DNA of 64,000 nucleotides from Candidatus Rokuibacteriota bacterium (GCA_003220615.1 QHTB01000155.1:39615-103614), one strand, 5' to 3'; counted from the stretch's first letter, positions 19,214-30,967 are shown. A program made the numbers and translations. Notes: generated by a model from the sequence alone, not told the origin.

Positions 19214-19468
19214 CTAGAGAGTCCGCCGGGATACGACGAGGCGGTAGAGGGCGAGCACGATCACCGCGCCGATGACGGCCATGATGAAGCCGGCCGCCTC
19301 ACCTTCGTGATAGAGGCCCATCACCCGGCCGATCCATCCGCCGAGCAGCGCCCCGACGATCCCGAGGACGATGGTCACGACGATACCGCCCGGGTCCGCC
19401 CCCGGCATGATCAGCTTGGCGACGATACCGACGACGAGGCCGAATACGATCCACAGCAGGATGTCCAT
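19214..19468 (-). CDS. GlsB/YeaQ/YmgE family stress-response membrane protein
   Basis: WIVFGLVVGIVAKLIMPG.DPGGIVVTIVLGIVGALLGG; AAGGAG RBS. Confidence 0.93.
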   Translation of the reverse strand: MDILLWIVFGLVVGIVAKLIMPGADPGGIVVTIVLGIVGALLGGWIGRVMGLYHEGEAAGFIMAVIGAVIVLALYRLVVSRRTL

Positions 19469-19515
19469 CGCGCGCTCCTTTCAGAGCAGTCAACATCCGT
19501 ACTGGGGGAGTGCAG

Positions 19516-19531
19516 TGCACACCCAGTGCCA
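19516..19531 (-). promoter_or_regulatory. Sigma54 promoter for the GlsB/YeaQ gene
   Basis: TGGCACTGGGTGTGCA. Confidence 0.75.
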
Positions 19532-19551
19532 AAAGCGCGCGGATGTAAAAC

Positions 19552-19803
19552 TTACTCGTCGTCTCGACGCTGCCAGGCTTCGAGGACGCGGGTGACGCCG
19601 AAGGCGGTGAGCCCCACGAGAGGCACGGTGAGCACGCCGGGGAGGAAGGCTTCGTCGAAGGGCAGCGTCATGGCCGCGCGAAACGCGGCCACTCCGAGAA
19701 CGTTGGACACGAGAAAAAACGCGACCCAGGCGGTCATGCGCATGCGTGATTCGGCCTCCACGGGAAGTGTGACGCGTCGTCGAGCGGTCGCATCGTACGC
19801 CAT
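19552..19803 (-). CDS. Small two-TM hypothetical protein
   Basis: Two hydrophobic segments, fills the gap between known genes; start uncertain. Confidence 0.55.
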   Translation of the reverse strand: MAYDATARRRVTLPVEAESRMRMTAWVAFFLVSNVLGVAAFRAAMTLPFDEAFLPGVLTVPLVGLTAFGVTRVLEAWQRRDDE

Positions 19804-19845
19804 CGCGCGCGCAGAAAGAAGAAGAAAGCTACCCATCGCCACGGT

Positions 19846-19861
19846 TGGCACGCCATTCGCT
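19846..19861 (+). promoter_or_regulatory. Sigma54 promoter for the small Cys/His protein
   Basis: TGGCACGCCATTCGCT; predicted +1 about 3 nt before ATG 19875. Confidence 0.72.
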
Positions 19862-19874
19862 AATTCCATCGAGC

Positions 19875-20075
19875 ATGAGTTTGTGTGCTTCGTGCGGCCT
19901 GCAACTGACGGGAGACGCCGCGCTCTGCCCGCATCATCACTGCGTGTACGGCGACGACTGGGCGGTGGCGAACCGCATCATGTGTGACTTCTTCCATCGC
20001 GGAAAGATTCCGCCGCGGCTGACGCAGACGGAACGCGACGACGAGTTCTGGGCGCACACGGGCGAAGCCGCCTGA
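19875..20075 (+). CDS. Small Cys/His-rich putative metal-binding protein (66 aa)
   Basis: MSLCASCG...LCPHHHC...WAVANRIMCDFFHRG. Confidence 0.7.
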   Translation: MSLCASCGLQLTGDAALCPHHHCVYGDDWAVANRIMCDFFHRGKIPPRLTQTERDDEFWAHTGEAA

Positions 20076-20078
20076 CGA

Positions 20079-21671
20079 TCAGCCCGCGACGGCTTCAGGC
20101 GGCGCCGGCGCTTCCGGCGCGTAGAACGACGACTCGCGCACGCCCCGCGCGCACTGCCGGGTGAACTCGATGAGGTGGTGACTCACCACCGCGGTGTTGA
20201 TGAGGGCCTCGAGCTCACCCGCCCTCAGCATCGGCAGGGCCGCCTTCCAGAACGTGCGCCGATAGTCACCGCGGATCCCCACCCGCCAGAACAGCCGGCC
20301 GAGGATCGCGAGCCCCATGAGGACGTTCCGCCACGACGCGCGCTCGCGGTTCGTCGGAAACGGGAGCCGGTTGGAAAATGTGTGCTCCACGTTGTAGACA
20401 TAGCGCTCGTAGACGGCGGCCGGATCGTAGGCCGTGGTGATGCACCGCAGCCACATGTCCAGCACGCTCTCGTACGGCATGCGGAACGCGATGTTGGATT
20501 CCCGTCCCTCGTCGGGCAAGAGGCGACCCTCGGCTTCCAGCCGCCGCCAGAGCGGCGTGCGCGGGAGCGCGTAGAGGATGTTGATGGTGAGGATCGGGAT
20601 CGCGGAGGCCTGCACGAAGTCGATGATGCGATCGGTAGTGTCGGGCGTGTCGGTGTCGAGGCCGATGATGATGCCGGAGACGACCTCGAAGCCGTAGCGG
20701 TTGAGCGTGCGCACGGCCTCCAGCAGTGGCATGCGCAGGTTCTGATCCTTCGACATGAAGCGCAGGGCCTGGGGCTCTGGCGTCTCGATGCCGCAGAAGA
20801 TCGTGACGAACCCCGCCTCCCGCATGAGCGCCAGCACCCGCTCGTTCTTGGCGATGTTGAGCGTCGCCTCGCAGGCGAACCGCAACGGATACCGGTGCGC
20901 GCGCTGCCATTCGATCAGGTGGGGCAGGAGCTCGAGCGTCGCCTTCTGGTTGCCGATGAAGTTGTCGTCGACGAAGTAGACGCTGGTCGCTCCTCCGGCC
21001 AGGATCTGGTCGAGCTCGGCCAGCACCTGGGCCGGCGTCTTGAGCCGCGGGTTCTTGCCATAGAGCGCGGGGATGTCGCAGAACTCGCACGAGTACGGGC
21101 AGCCGCTCGAGAACTGGATGTTGGCGAGGAAGTACCGCCGGATCGGCGTCAGGTGATAGGCGGGTGCCGGGAAGTCGGACAGGGGCAGGCGCGTGGCCGT
21201 CTCGAAGCGTAGCGGGCGGCGCGGCCGCCCCCTATGGGTGTCGAGGTACTCGATGATGCGGTCGGTGGCATCGCCGAGCTCGCCGACGTGCAGGAGGTCG
21301 GCCTCCGGATAGTACTCGGGACAGCTCGAGACCGAGGGCCCGCCGAGGACGACCACGCGCCCGTGACGGTGCGCGCGCGCGACGATGTCGTTGATGAAGG
21401 CGCGCTGCACGTGCATCCCCGACACCAGCACCGCGTCCGCCCATTGAAAATCCGCGTCGCTGGCGGCGCCGGCGTTCTCGTCGACGAAGCGGACGTCCCA
21501 CGTCTCCGGGAGGTAGCTGGCCACGACGAGCAGGCCCTGCGGCGGCATGAACGCGCGGACACGGCCGCCAAAAAACGGATATGCATACTGAAAGGTGCCG
21601 AACGACGGAGCGTACCGCGGTGAAACGCAGAGGACCCGCCGCCGTCGTGTGGGGAGATAGCGGGTACGCAT
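20079..21671 (-). CDS. hpnP: B12-binding radical SAM methylase, HpnP (hopanoid C-2 methylase)-like
   Basis: [55 protein letters not shown]; resemblance to HpnP from recall. Confidence 0.72.
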   Translation of the reverse strand: MRTRYLPTRRRRVLCVSPRYAPSFGTFQYAYPFFGGRVRAFMPPQGLLVVASYLPETWDVRFVDENAGAASDADFQWADAVLVSGMHVQRAFINDIVARAHRHGRVVVLGGPSVSSCPEYYPEADLLHVGELGDATDRIIEYLDTHRGRPRRPLRFETATRLPLSDFPAPAYHLTPIRRYFLANIQFSSGCPYSCEFCDIPALYGKNPRLKTPAQVLAELDQILAGGATSVYFVDDNFIGNQKATLELLPHLIEWQRAHRYPLRFACEATLNIAKNERVLALMREAGFVTIFCGIETPEPQALRFMSKDQNLRMPLLEAVRTLNRYGFEVVSGIIIGLDTDTPDTTDRIIDFVQASAIPILTINILYALPRTPLWRRLEAEGRLLPDEGRESNIAFRMPYESVLDMWLRCITTAYDPAAVYERYVYNVEHTFSNRLPFPTNRERASWRNVLMGLAILGRLFWRVGIRGDYRRTFWKAALPMLRAGELEALINTAVVSHHLIEFTRQCARGVRESSFYAPEAPAPPEAVAG

Positions 21672-21729
21672 GACCGTCGATTTCAGGATACCGTACTTCC
21701 GTTAAAATGCGAGCCGAGGAGGACCATCG

Positions 21730-22451
21730 ATGGATCCCAAGAACGTGAAGGCCGTCGTCACCGGCGGCGCCTCCGGCCTCGGCCGGGCGACTGTGACGCG
21801 CATCGTCTCCGCCGGCGGGCGCGCGGCGATCCTCGATCTCGCCTCGTCGACCGGCGCCGACGTCGCCAAGACGCTCGGCGCGCGGGTCGCGTTCGCGCCG
21901 GCCGACGTGACGAACGGCCCGGCCGTGGAGAGCGCGCTCGAGGCCGCGCGAAGCGCCATGGACGGCGTGAACGTGCTGGTCAACTGCGCGGGGATCGGCA
22001 CGGCGATGAAGACGCTCGGCAAGCAGGGCCCGGCGCGCCTCGAAGACTACACGCGGGTTATCACCGTCAACCTCATCGGCACCTTCAACTGCATCCGGCT
22101 CACCGCCGCCGTCATGGCCAAGAACGCGCCCACCGCCGAGGGCGAGCGCGGCGTCATCGTGAACACCGCGTCGGTCGCCGCCTTCGACGGCCAGATCGGA
22201 CAGGCCGCCTACTCGGCCTCCAAGGGAGGCATCGTGGGCATGACCCTGCCCGTCGCGCGCGATCTCGCCGAGCTCGGCATCCGCGTGATGACCATCGCGC
22301 CCGGCATCTTCGACACGCCCAGGTCCCCTTCCCGCCCCGACTCGGCCGGTCCGAGGAGTACGCGGCGCTGGTGCTGCACATCGTCGAGAACGTCATGCTG
22401 AACGGCGAGACGATCCGGCTCGACGGCGCGATCAGGATGTCGCCTCGGTGA
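21730..22451 (+). pseudogene. SDR, 3-hydroxyacyl-CoA dehydrogenase type 2-like, with internal deletion and frameshift
   Basis: [24 protein letters not shown], then a frame change to [14 protein letters not shown]...[17 protein letters not shown]. Confidence 0.8.
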
Positions 22452-22456
22452 TTATG

Positions 22457-22710
22457 TATCAGGGCACGGGCACCCGGGCTCCCCACGATTTTTGAAACGG
22501 CCGCGGGCACCCGGGCCGTTGTCCGGGCATTTCAGCGCTCGCCTCGCCGCGCGACGCGTCTCGGCTCGGTGTCCGGGCATTTCAGCGCTCGCCTCGCCGC
22601 GCGACGCGTCTCGGCTCGGTGTCCGGGCATTTCAGCGCTCGCCTCGCCGCGCGACGCGTCTCGGCTCGCACGGCGGGCCCGCGGCCCCCCGGAATCACCC
22701 GCGGCGATTG
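22457..22710. repeat. Composite repeat: family A arms enclosing a 3 x 50-bp tandem array
   Basis: Exact 50-bp unit GTCCGGGCATTTCAGCGCTCGCCTCGCCGCGCGACGCGTCTCGGCTCGGT at 22521, 22571, 22621; flanks TTGAAACGGCCGCGGGCACCCGGGC and GGAATCACCCGCGG. Confidence 0.9.
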
Positions 22711-22757
22711 CTCGGTCTGGCGATCAGAGCTGTAACTCTCCGGGACGCTGTCCAAGC

Positions 22758-23388
22758 GTGAAAACCTCGCATACCGTCTTCGATCGCCGCTCGCCGCTGT
22801 CGGGACGGGTGCGGGTCATCGAGGACACGGCCGAGCGCCGTCTGATCGTGGCGGGCGACACGCTGTCGGTGTACCCGCTCGGCGGCAAGTGGGACCGCGT
22901 GACCCGCGAGTACTGGTGGCACGCGATCGACGCGGCGCCGGTCCCGGCGCGCCCGTCCGCGCTGTTCGTGGGCCTGGGCGGGGGCACGTCGCTCCACGTG
23001 CTCCGCGCGAGGTGCCGCCCGCGCAGCGTCACCGTCATCGAGCGCGATCCCGTCATCCTGGAGGCCGCCCACGACTGGTTCGGCCTCGAGCGCGTGCCCG
23101 GCGTGGAATACCTCACCGGCGAGGCCGACGTCGTCGCGCGCTGGCTCAACGCCGCCCGGCGGCGCTTCGATTTCGTCTTCGAGGATGCGACCTATGCCGA
23201 GCCGCTCGAACGCTCGCTGCCGCTGCTCCGCGCGCTGGTCGCGCTGCTCTCCCGCCGCGGTGTGCTCGTGATCAACCGTCACCGCCGCGGCGACGCTCAC
23301 CGCCTGGCCGCCACGCTGCGCCCGCACTTCGAGTCCGTGCGGCTGCGGCGCGTCAGGCGCGCGGCCGAGAACGTGCTGATCGTCTGCG

Positions 23389-23411
<23 letters not shown>
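22758..23411 (+). CDS. Spermidine-synthase-like SAM-dependent methyltransferase
   Basis: [30 protein letters not shown]. Confidence 0.75.
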
Positions 23412-25068
<1,657 letters not shown>

Positions 25069-25515
25069 CTATGCCGCCCCCAGTAAGCGCCGGTGCTCCG
25101 GCATCATGCAGCGATCCTGGACGACCTTGATTCCTGCCCGCGCCAGCGCCTCGGCCGCCGCGTCGTTCCGGATGCCGAGCTGGAACCACACGGCCTGAGG
25201 TCGCCAGCGAAGCCCGAGGATCTCGCTGGCGTGGCCGGGCAGGAACTGCGGCCGCCGGAAGACCTCGATGACGTCGACCGCGCCGGCGAGCTCGGCGAGG
25301 CTCACGACGACGCGCACGCCGTGAATCGTCTCGCCGACCAGCTTGGGGTTGACGGGATAGATCTGGTAGCCGCGTGCCGCGAGATAGGCCGGCACGTAAT
25401 AGGCCGGCTCGTGGGCGCCGATCTTGGCGCCGATGACCGCGACCGATTTCGCCGTCCTCAAGATCGCACGCAGGCCCGCGTCGTCGTCGACCACGAGCTC
25501 CGTCCACTCACTCAT
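25069..25515 (-). CDS. CoA-binding protein (YccU-like)
   Basis: VAVIGA, YPVNP, VDVIEVFRR, VWFQLG, VVQDRCM. Confidence 0.9.
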   Translation of the reverse strand: MSEWTELVVDDDAGLRAILRTAKSVAVIGAKIGAHEPAYYVPAYLAARGYQIYPVNPKLVGETIHGVRVVVSLAELAGAVDVIEVFRRPQFLPGHASEILGLRWRPQAVWFQLGIRNDAAAEALARAGIKVVQDRCMMPEHRRLLGAA

Positions 25516-25528
25516 GCCGCCGACGTTC

Positions 25529-26623
25529 TCACGTCGTCCGCATCGCGGCAAGGATCTGCGGGCCGAAGGACTCGACGCGCCACCGCCGGATGCCTTCCAC
25601 GCGCGACAGCGCCTCGAGGTCGCGGGGCGCGGCTTCCGCGATGGGACGCATGAGCCGATTCGGCAGGACGACGCCCGACTCGAGCCCCGTCGCGGGCGCC
25701 GCGTCGGTCCGCCACTGCCGCAGCAGCTCGATGCGCCGCCGCACCGGCCCCGGCACCGACGGGAGCCGCGGCGGTCGTGGCGCCACGGGCAGCTCGGACT
25801 CGGGCAGGGCCTGAGCACGGGCGATCGCCTCGAGCATCGCCTGGCCCCAGCGACCGACGACGCGCGGCGTGCAGCCCGGGATCTTGCCGAGGTCGGCGAC
25901 GGTGCGGGGCGCCGCCACGGCCAGGGCGACGAGCGTGGCGTCGCCGAGCACCTTGAACGGTGGACGATCCGCGCTCCTGGCGAGCCGCTCGCGGAGCTGC
26001 CAGAGCGCCCTGAGAATTCCGACCTGCCGCAGCGTGAGATCGCGCGCGCCCTTGAGCCGGAAGAACGCGTCGGGGTCGGCCGGACGCTCGGCCACCTCCT
26101 CGGCTGCGAGCGCGGCGCACTCTTCCTCCACCCAGTGCAAGCGTCCGGCGGCGCGGAGCGGCTCCACCAGACGGGCCTTCAGCGCCAGCAGGTGCAACAC
26201 GTCGGCGGCCGCGTAGCGTTCTTGGGCTTCGGTCAGCGGACGCACCGACCAGTCGTCTTTCTGGCGCGAGGGTGGCAGCTCGACGCCGAGATACTCGCGC
26301 AGCAAGACGTCGAGGCCGAGGGCACGGGCGCCCAGGAAGCGCGCCGCCAGCGACGTGTCGAAGATGGCGCCGAACGTGAACCCGTAGCGGCGCTTGAGGT
26401 GGACGAGGTCGTTGTCGCCGGCGTGCAGGACCACCTGCGGCCGCTCGCCGCCGACCAGCTTGCCGAGCGGCTCGAGATCGGCGAGCGCCAGGGGATCCAC
26501 GAGCCACGCCTGGTCAGCGCGATCGGCGATCTGGATCAGCGCCAGCCGCTCCGGATAGTGATGGAGGCTGTCGCCTTCGGTGTCGAGCGCGATCTCGTCG
26601 AGCCCGGCGAGATGGCGCACCAT
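25529..26623 (-). CDS. rnd: Ribonuclease D (DEDD exonuclease + HRDC)
   Basis: IALDTE, LALIQI, HAGDND, FDT, DWSVRPL, YAAADV, HRDC segments; true start may lie about 14 codons upstream. Confidence 0.88.
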   Translation of the reverse strand: MVRHLAGLDEIALDTEGDSLHHYPERLALIQIADRADQAWLVDPLALADLEPLGKLVGGERPQVVLHAGDNDLVHLKRRYGFTFGAIFDTSLAARFLGARALGLDVLLREYLGVELPPSRQKDDWSVRPLTEAQERYAAADVLHLLALKARLVEPLRAAGRLHWVEEECAALAAEEVAERPADPDAFFRLKGARDLTLRQVGILRALWQLRERLARSADRPPFKVLGDATLVALAVAAPRTVADLGKIPGCTPRVVGRWGQAMLEAIARAQALPESELPVAPRPPRLPSVPGPVRRRIELLRQWRTDAAPATGLESGVVLPNRLMRPIAEAAPRDLEALSRVEGIRRWRVESFGPQILAAMRTT

Positions 26624-26664
26624 CTCCTCGAGATCGGCCGCGGTCGAGATCCAGCGTGGCGTGG

Positions 26665-27459
26665 CTAGGGCTTTCGGGCGAGGACGGCCTGCTCGAGTCG
26701 CTGGAAGCGCCGACGCAACGGCTCGAGGCCCTCCTCATGAGTGATGACGTACAGCCGATTGTCCTTGATGGCCGCGATCGTCATCGCCGCGACCGTGTCC
26801 GGATCGAGTGTGCGGCCGATCAGATCGACGGGCGTGGAGGCGGGCTTCTCGTTGCGCAGCGTGGCCGGTCGATTCCGCTCACTCGCGCGGATCTGGGTGG
26901 CCACACCCATCGGGCAGAGCACCGACACGCCGATGCCGTAGGGCCGGAGATCCTTGGCGAGCGTCTCGGAGAGCCCGACCACCGCGTACTTCGACGTGTT
27001 GTAGACACCCAGCCCCTGGGAGGCGATGAGTCCGGCCATCGACGCCGTGTTGACGACGTGGCCACCGTCGCGCTGGGCGATCATCCGCGGCAGGAAGGCC
27101 TCGAGCCCGTGAATCACGCCCCAGAGGTTGACGCCGAGCGTCCACTCCCAGTCCCGGTGGGTGGCCGTCTCGAGCCCACCCCAGATCGCCACGCCGGCGT
27201 TGTTGCAGAGGACGTGGACACGGCCGAGCGCCGAGAAGGCGCGGTCGGCGAGCGCCTGCACCTGGGCCCGGTCGCTCACGTCGGTACGGACGGCGAGCGC
27301 GCGTCCGCCCCGCGCCTCGATTCGCTTGACGGTCTCGGCGAGGCCGGCCTCGTCGACGTCGGCCACGACGACGGCGGCGCCTTCCGCAGCGAGGCCCTCG
27401 GCCAGAGCACGACCGATGCCGCTGGCGCCGCCGGTGACGACGCCCACACGTCCCCTCAA
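26665..27459 (-). CDS. SDR family oxidoreductase
   Basis: TGGASGIG, NNAG, YNTSK. Confidence 0.92.
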   Translation of the reverse strand: MRGRVGVVTGGASGIGRALAEGLAAEGAAVVVADVDEAGLAETVKRIEARGGRALAVRTDVSDRAQVQALADRAFSALGRVHVLCNNAGVAIWGGLETATHRDWEWTLGVNLWGVIHGLEAFLPRMIAQRDGGHVVNTASMAGLIASQGLGVYNTSKYAVVGLSETLAKDLRPYGIGVSVLCPMGVATQIRASERNRPATLRNEKPASTPVDLIGRTLDPDTVAAMTIAAIKDNRLYVITHEEGLEPLRRRFQRLEQAVLARKP

Positions 27460-27492
27460 CGATTCGACAGCCGTCTCCTTGTGCTACTGGGA

Positions 27493-27876
27493 TTACGCCG
27501 AGGCTCTGCCCTCGAGCAGCGGCCGCAGCACCGTCTCCAGACGGTCCATGTCGGCGGGCTTACGGAGGAAGGCGGCGAATCCGGCCTCCTCGGCCTTGAG
27601 TAAGGTAGCCGGGCTCATGTCGCCGGTCAACGCGACGATGGGCACGCCCGCGGCGACGGGATACTGGCGCAGGCGGGTGGCGAACTCGAAGCCGTGGATG
27701 CCTCGCAGGCGGAGATCGAGCAGGACGACGGTCGGTCGGGTACGAACGGCGAGCTCGAGGCCATTCTCCCCGGACTCGGTCATCAGGACGCGAGCGTCGG
27801 GGAACAGCGCGGTCAGGTACTCGCCAAGGGCCTGGCGCGTGTCGGTGTCATCCTCGACGACCAGAATGACGGCCAT
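27493..27876 (-). CDS. Single-domain response regulator
   Basis: ILVVEDD, LLDL, ALTG, FLRKP; TACACT 7 nt before ATG. Confidence 0.9.
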   Translation of the reverse strand: MAVILVVEDDTDTRQALGEYLTALFPDARVLMTESGENGLELAVRTRPTVVLLDLRLRGIHGFEFATRLRQYPVAAGVPIVALTGDMSPATLLKAEEAGFAAFLRKPADMDRLETVLRPLLEGRASA

Positions 27877-27917
27877 CGGCCCAAGTGTACAGTGCTGGCC
27901 CTCCGGAATCAGGTTGA

Positions 27918-28862
27918 TCAGGCGGTCGAGGCCAGCCCGTCGGGCTCGAGCCAGGTGGGCTGCCGGCCGGTACGGCGCAGCGCCGCCATCACCCGCGCCG
28001 GATGCCCCCAGTCGCTCCAGCCGACGTCCTTCACCCTGACGGCGAGGAGTCGGTCGGGCACGCGGACCAGCACGCGGGCCGAGAAGCTCAGCGGAGCCAG
28101 ATTAGCGTAGACCAACGAGGCAACGGCCTCTTCGTCCGGGGTGCCGAGCGCCCGGCGGAGTGGTGAGAAGGTGACGAGGGCTTCGGGCACCGTCGCATTG
28201 ATGCAGTCCATGAACGCGCTGGTCCAGCCGACCATCACGAAGCTGTTCCAGAGGCAACGGCGCTCGAGGAGCAGGCGCGCCAGCGTCGGCGACGGCTTCT
28301 CCCAGAATCGCCGGACCGGAAACACGGGCGGGCCGTCGACCGGCAACGGCAGCCGCGACGGCTCGACCCAGCCGTACTCGGTCTCTGGCGTCTCGGCCTC
28401 GATGCCGAGGAGCACGACGCGATCGGGCAGCGCGCGCACGAGGTCCACCGCGCTCTCGACGTACGTCATGAACGCTCGATCGTCGATCACATCGTGGTCG
28501 GACGGCAGGATGGCGATCGGCACGTCGCCGGCCAGGTGCTCGATGCGCATCAAGGAATACACGATGCCGGCCAGCGTGCCCTGATTGCTCGGCTGAACGA
28601 CCAGGCAGCCGGGCGCGAGATCCGACGAGAGCGGACCGAAGTACTCGCGATGCTCTTGCGTCACGACGGCGACCTGGCGATCTGGCCTGATCAGCAGCCC
28701 CGCGCGACGGCGCGTGCAATCGAACATGGTCTCGCCGTCGACCAGCGCGCAGAATTGTTTGGGACGAAGATCACCAGCGATCTTCTGAGTCAACGAGCGG
28801 AGACGAAGGCCGTCACCACCGGCAAGGATGATGGCCCAGGGGTCAGGTCGGTTGGCGCTCAT
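27918..28862 (-). CDS. Sugar-phosphate nucleotidyltransferase (mannose-1-P guanylyltransferase-like)
   Basis: ILAGGDG.RL, PKQFC, PSDH, EYGW, FWEKP, WSDWG. Confidence 0.88.
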   Translation of the reverse strand: MSANRPDPWAIILAGGDGLRLRSLTQKIAGDLRPKQFCALVDGETMFDCTRRRAGLLIRPDRQVAVVTQEHREYFGPLSSDLAPGCLVVQPSNQGTLAGIVYSLMRIEHLAGDVPIAILPSDHDVIDDRAFMTYVESAVDLVRALPDRVVLLGIEAETPETEYGWVEPSRLPLPVDGPPVFPVRRFWEKPSPTLARLLLERRCLWNSFVMVGWTSAFMDCINATVPEALVTFSPLRRALGTPDEEAVASLVYANLAPLSFSARVLVRVPDRLLAVRVKDVGWSDWGHPARVMAALRRTGRQPTWLEPDGLASTA

Positions 28863-28878
28863 AGCGTCGCACGAGGGC

Positions 28879-28894
28879 AGCAACAACTGTGCCC
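28879..28894 (-). promoter_or_regulatory. Sigma54 promoter for the nucleotidyltransferase
   Basis: GGGCACAGTTGTTGCT; predicted +1 about 6 nt before ATG 28862. Confidence 0.68.
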
Positions 28895-29035
28895 GGCCTG
28901 TTGGCAACGAAGCCCACGCCATGTGCAACATCTCTGACGTCACCGACTCGCGCACAGGGCAACAATCTTCCCAGGGTTGGAGAGAAAGGTTATCCGCGCG
29001 TGGTACGATGCGGCGCGCCAAGCCCAGAGGAGACC

Positions 29036-29530
29036 ATGGCGAAAGCCGTCAGCGTGGTCCATCATGCCGATCGCCGGACCGACGTCGTCATGCCGTATGC
29101 TCCCGGCATCGTCGTCCGCCGGGGCCATCTGGTCTTTTTGTCAGGCGTGACCGCGGCGCCCGTGTATCACAGTCATCCACATCGCGACGAGGAGTTCGAC
29201 CTGCCGGCCACGATGCGCGAACAGGCGACGCTGGCGATGGAAAACGTCAAGAAGACGCTGGAGGCCGCCGGCTGCACGCTCGGCGATCTCGTGTCGGCGA
29301 CGCGTTACGTGACGAACGTGGCGGAGCAGGATGACATGAACCGCGTCTGGGCTCAGTACCTCGGCGACCATCTGCCGACGACGACCACGGTCGAAGTTTC
29401 GCGCCTGGCCACGCATGCGCGCTGCAAGCTCGAGATCAGCGCCATCGCGATCGTTGATGACGCAGTGCAGATGCCCCGCCGCCGGCGGGCGACGCGCAAG
29501 CCGAGCGCTCGCAAAGGTCGGAGACGGTGA
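29036..29530 (+). CDS. RidA/YjgF family protein
   Basis: PYAPG, LVFLSG, EQ....ENV...LEAAG, LEISAIA; GAGGAG RBS. Confidence 0.88.
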   Translation: MAKAVSVVHHADRRTDVVMPYAPGIVVRRGHLVFLSGVTAAPVYHSHPHRDEEFDLPATMREQATLAMENVKKTLEAAGCTLGDLVSATRYVTNVAEQDDMNRVWAQYLGDHLPTTTTVEVSRLATHARCKLEISAIAIVDDAVQMPRRRRATRKPSARKGRRR

Positions 29531-30438
29531 TGGCAACACTGGGGTTCGTCGGTCTCGGCGCGATGGGAAGCCGCCTGGCCCGTCGCTTGCTCGCCGCGGG
29601 CCACACGGTCGTCGGCTACAACCGGACACCAGAGAAAGCGCGCGATCTCGTCACCGCCGGGCTCCGGCTCGAGAAAACGCCCGGGGCCGTCGCGGCCTCC
29701 ACCGAGGCGGTCTTCAGCATGGTAACCGACGACGCCGCGCTCCGCGCGGTGGCTCTGGCTCCGGACGGCATCGTCGGCGCGCTCGGACCAGGCACGACGT
29801 ACGTGGAGATGAGCACGGTGAGCCCGGCGCTCACGCGCGAGATCGGCGACGCCGTGGCCCGCCGGGGCGCGACGATGCTCGACGCCCCCGTCTCCGGCAG
29901 CACGATCACCGTCGAGCAGGGTCAGGCCTCGATCGCCGTCGGCGGTGACGCCGCCGCCCTCGAGCGTGTCCGGCCGTATCTGCTGACCATGGGGCCGGGC
30001 GGGATCACGCACGTCGGCCCGCTCGGGCTCGCCAAGGCGATGAAGGTCGCGACCAATCTCGGGCTCGCCGTCCAGATGCTGGCGTTCAGCGAAGCGGTGC
30101 TGCTCGCCGAGAAGTCGGGGATCCCGCGTGAGACGGCGGTGGAGGCGCTGCTCAAGTCCGTCATCGCGTCACCGATGGTGAAGTATCGCGGGCCGTTCGT
30201 CATCGGCAAGATGCCGACCGACGCGTGGTTTCCGGTACCGATGATCCAGAAGGACCTGCAGCTCGCCCTCGAGCAAGGCCGCGCCGTCGGCGTGCCGTTG
30301 CCCACGACGGCCCTGGTTCAGGAATGGCTGACGATGGCGCGCGGCCTGGGCCTCGGCCACTTCGACTTCGGCATCCTGTTCGACGTGTTGGCGTCGCTGA
30401 GCGGAGCCCCGGCGAGCAAGAAGCCCGACCGCCGGTGA
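29530..30438 (+). CDS. 3-hydroxyisobutyrate dehydrogenase family oxidoreductase
   Basis: GFVGLGAMG, EMSTVSP, LDAPVSG, KDLQLA. Confidence 0.92.
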   Translation: MATLGFVGLGAMGSRLARRLLAAGHTVVGYNRTPEKARDLVTAGLRLEKTPGAVAASTEAVFSMVTDDAALRAVALAPDGIVGALGPGTTYVEMSTVSPALTREIGDAVARRGATMLDAPVSGSTITVEQGQASIAVGGDAAALERVRPYLLTMGPGGITHVGPLGLAKAMKVATNLGLAVQMLAFSEAVLLAEKSGIPRETAVEALLKSVIASPMVKYRGPFVIGKMPTDAWFPVPMIQKDLQLALEQGRAVGVPLPTTALVQEWLTMARGLGLGHFDFGILFDVLASLSGAPASKKPDRR

Positions 30439-30929
30439 CGCTCGCCGCGCCGCTCGACGTCTATCGCGACGTCGTCCGCCCGGAATGGATCGATAACAAC
30501 GGCCACATGAACGTCGGCTACTACCTGGTTGTCTTCGACTACGCGACCGACGCGTTCTTCCGCTGGGTCGGCCTCGACGACGCTCATCGACGCGCGGCCG
30601 GCGTGACCACGTTCTGCCTCGAAGCCCACGTCACGTACCACCGGGAAGTCCTCGCCGGCGATCAGCTCCGCTTCACGACCCTGCTGCTCGGTCACGACGA
30701 CAAGCGCATCCACTACTTCCACGAGATGCACCACGCGACGGCCGGCTATCTGGCGGCGACCAACGAGCTGATGTCGCTCCACGTGAGCCAGGCCACGCGC
30801 CGGGCCGCGCCGATGGCCCCGACGGCCCGCGAGCGTCTGGCGTCGATCCAGGCGGTCCACGACGCGATGCCGCGCCCGTCGCAGGTCGGCCGCAGCATCG
30901 GCCTCGCCAACCGGCCGGCCGCGCGCTGA
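30435..30929 (+). CDS. Hotdog-fold thioesterase
   Basis: VRPEWIDNNGHMNVGYY; GTGA overlap. Confidence 0.88.
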   Translation: MTLAAPLDVYRDVVRPEWIDNNGHMNVGYYLVVFDYATDAFFRWVGLDDAHRRAAGVTTFCLEAHVTYHREVLAGDQLRFTTLLLGHDDKRIHYFHEMHHATAGYLAATNELMSLHVSQATRRAAPMAPTARERLASIQAVHDAMPRPSQVGRSIGLANRPAAR

Positions 30930-30967
30930 CGGCTCGTCGTGAGCGCCCGCCACGTGAGGATCACCCC

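Noticed and set aside
19826-19842. Sigma54 site for the small TM gene at 19803
   Set aside because: Spacing is GG-N9-GC, one base short of the strict requirement
22521-22668. CRISPR array
   Set aside because: The 50-bp units are contiguous and identical with no unique spacers; no cas genes in the window
26624-26670. Non-canonical start or fusion of RNase D with the upstream SDR
   Set aside because: In-frame PRWISTAADLEE looks like a genuine N-terminus without ATG/GTG/TTG, but this cannot be distinguished from a base error or use of ATG 26623
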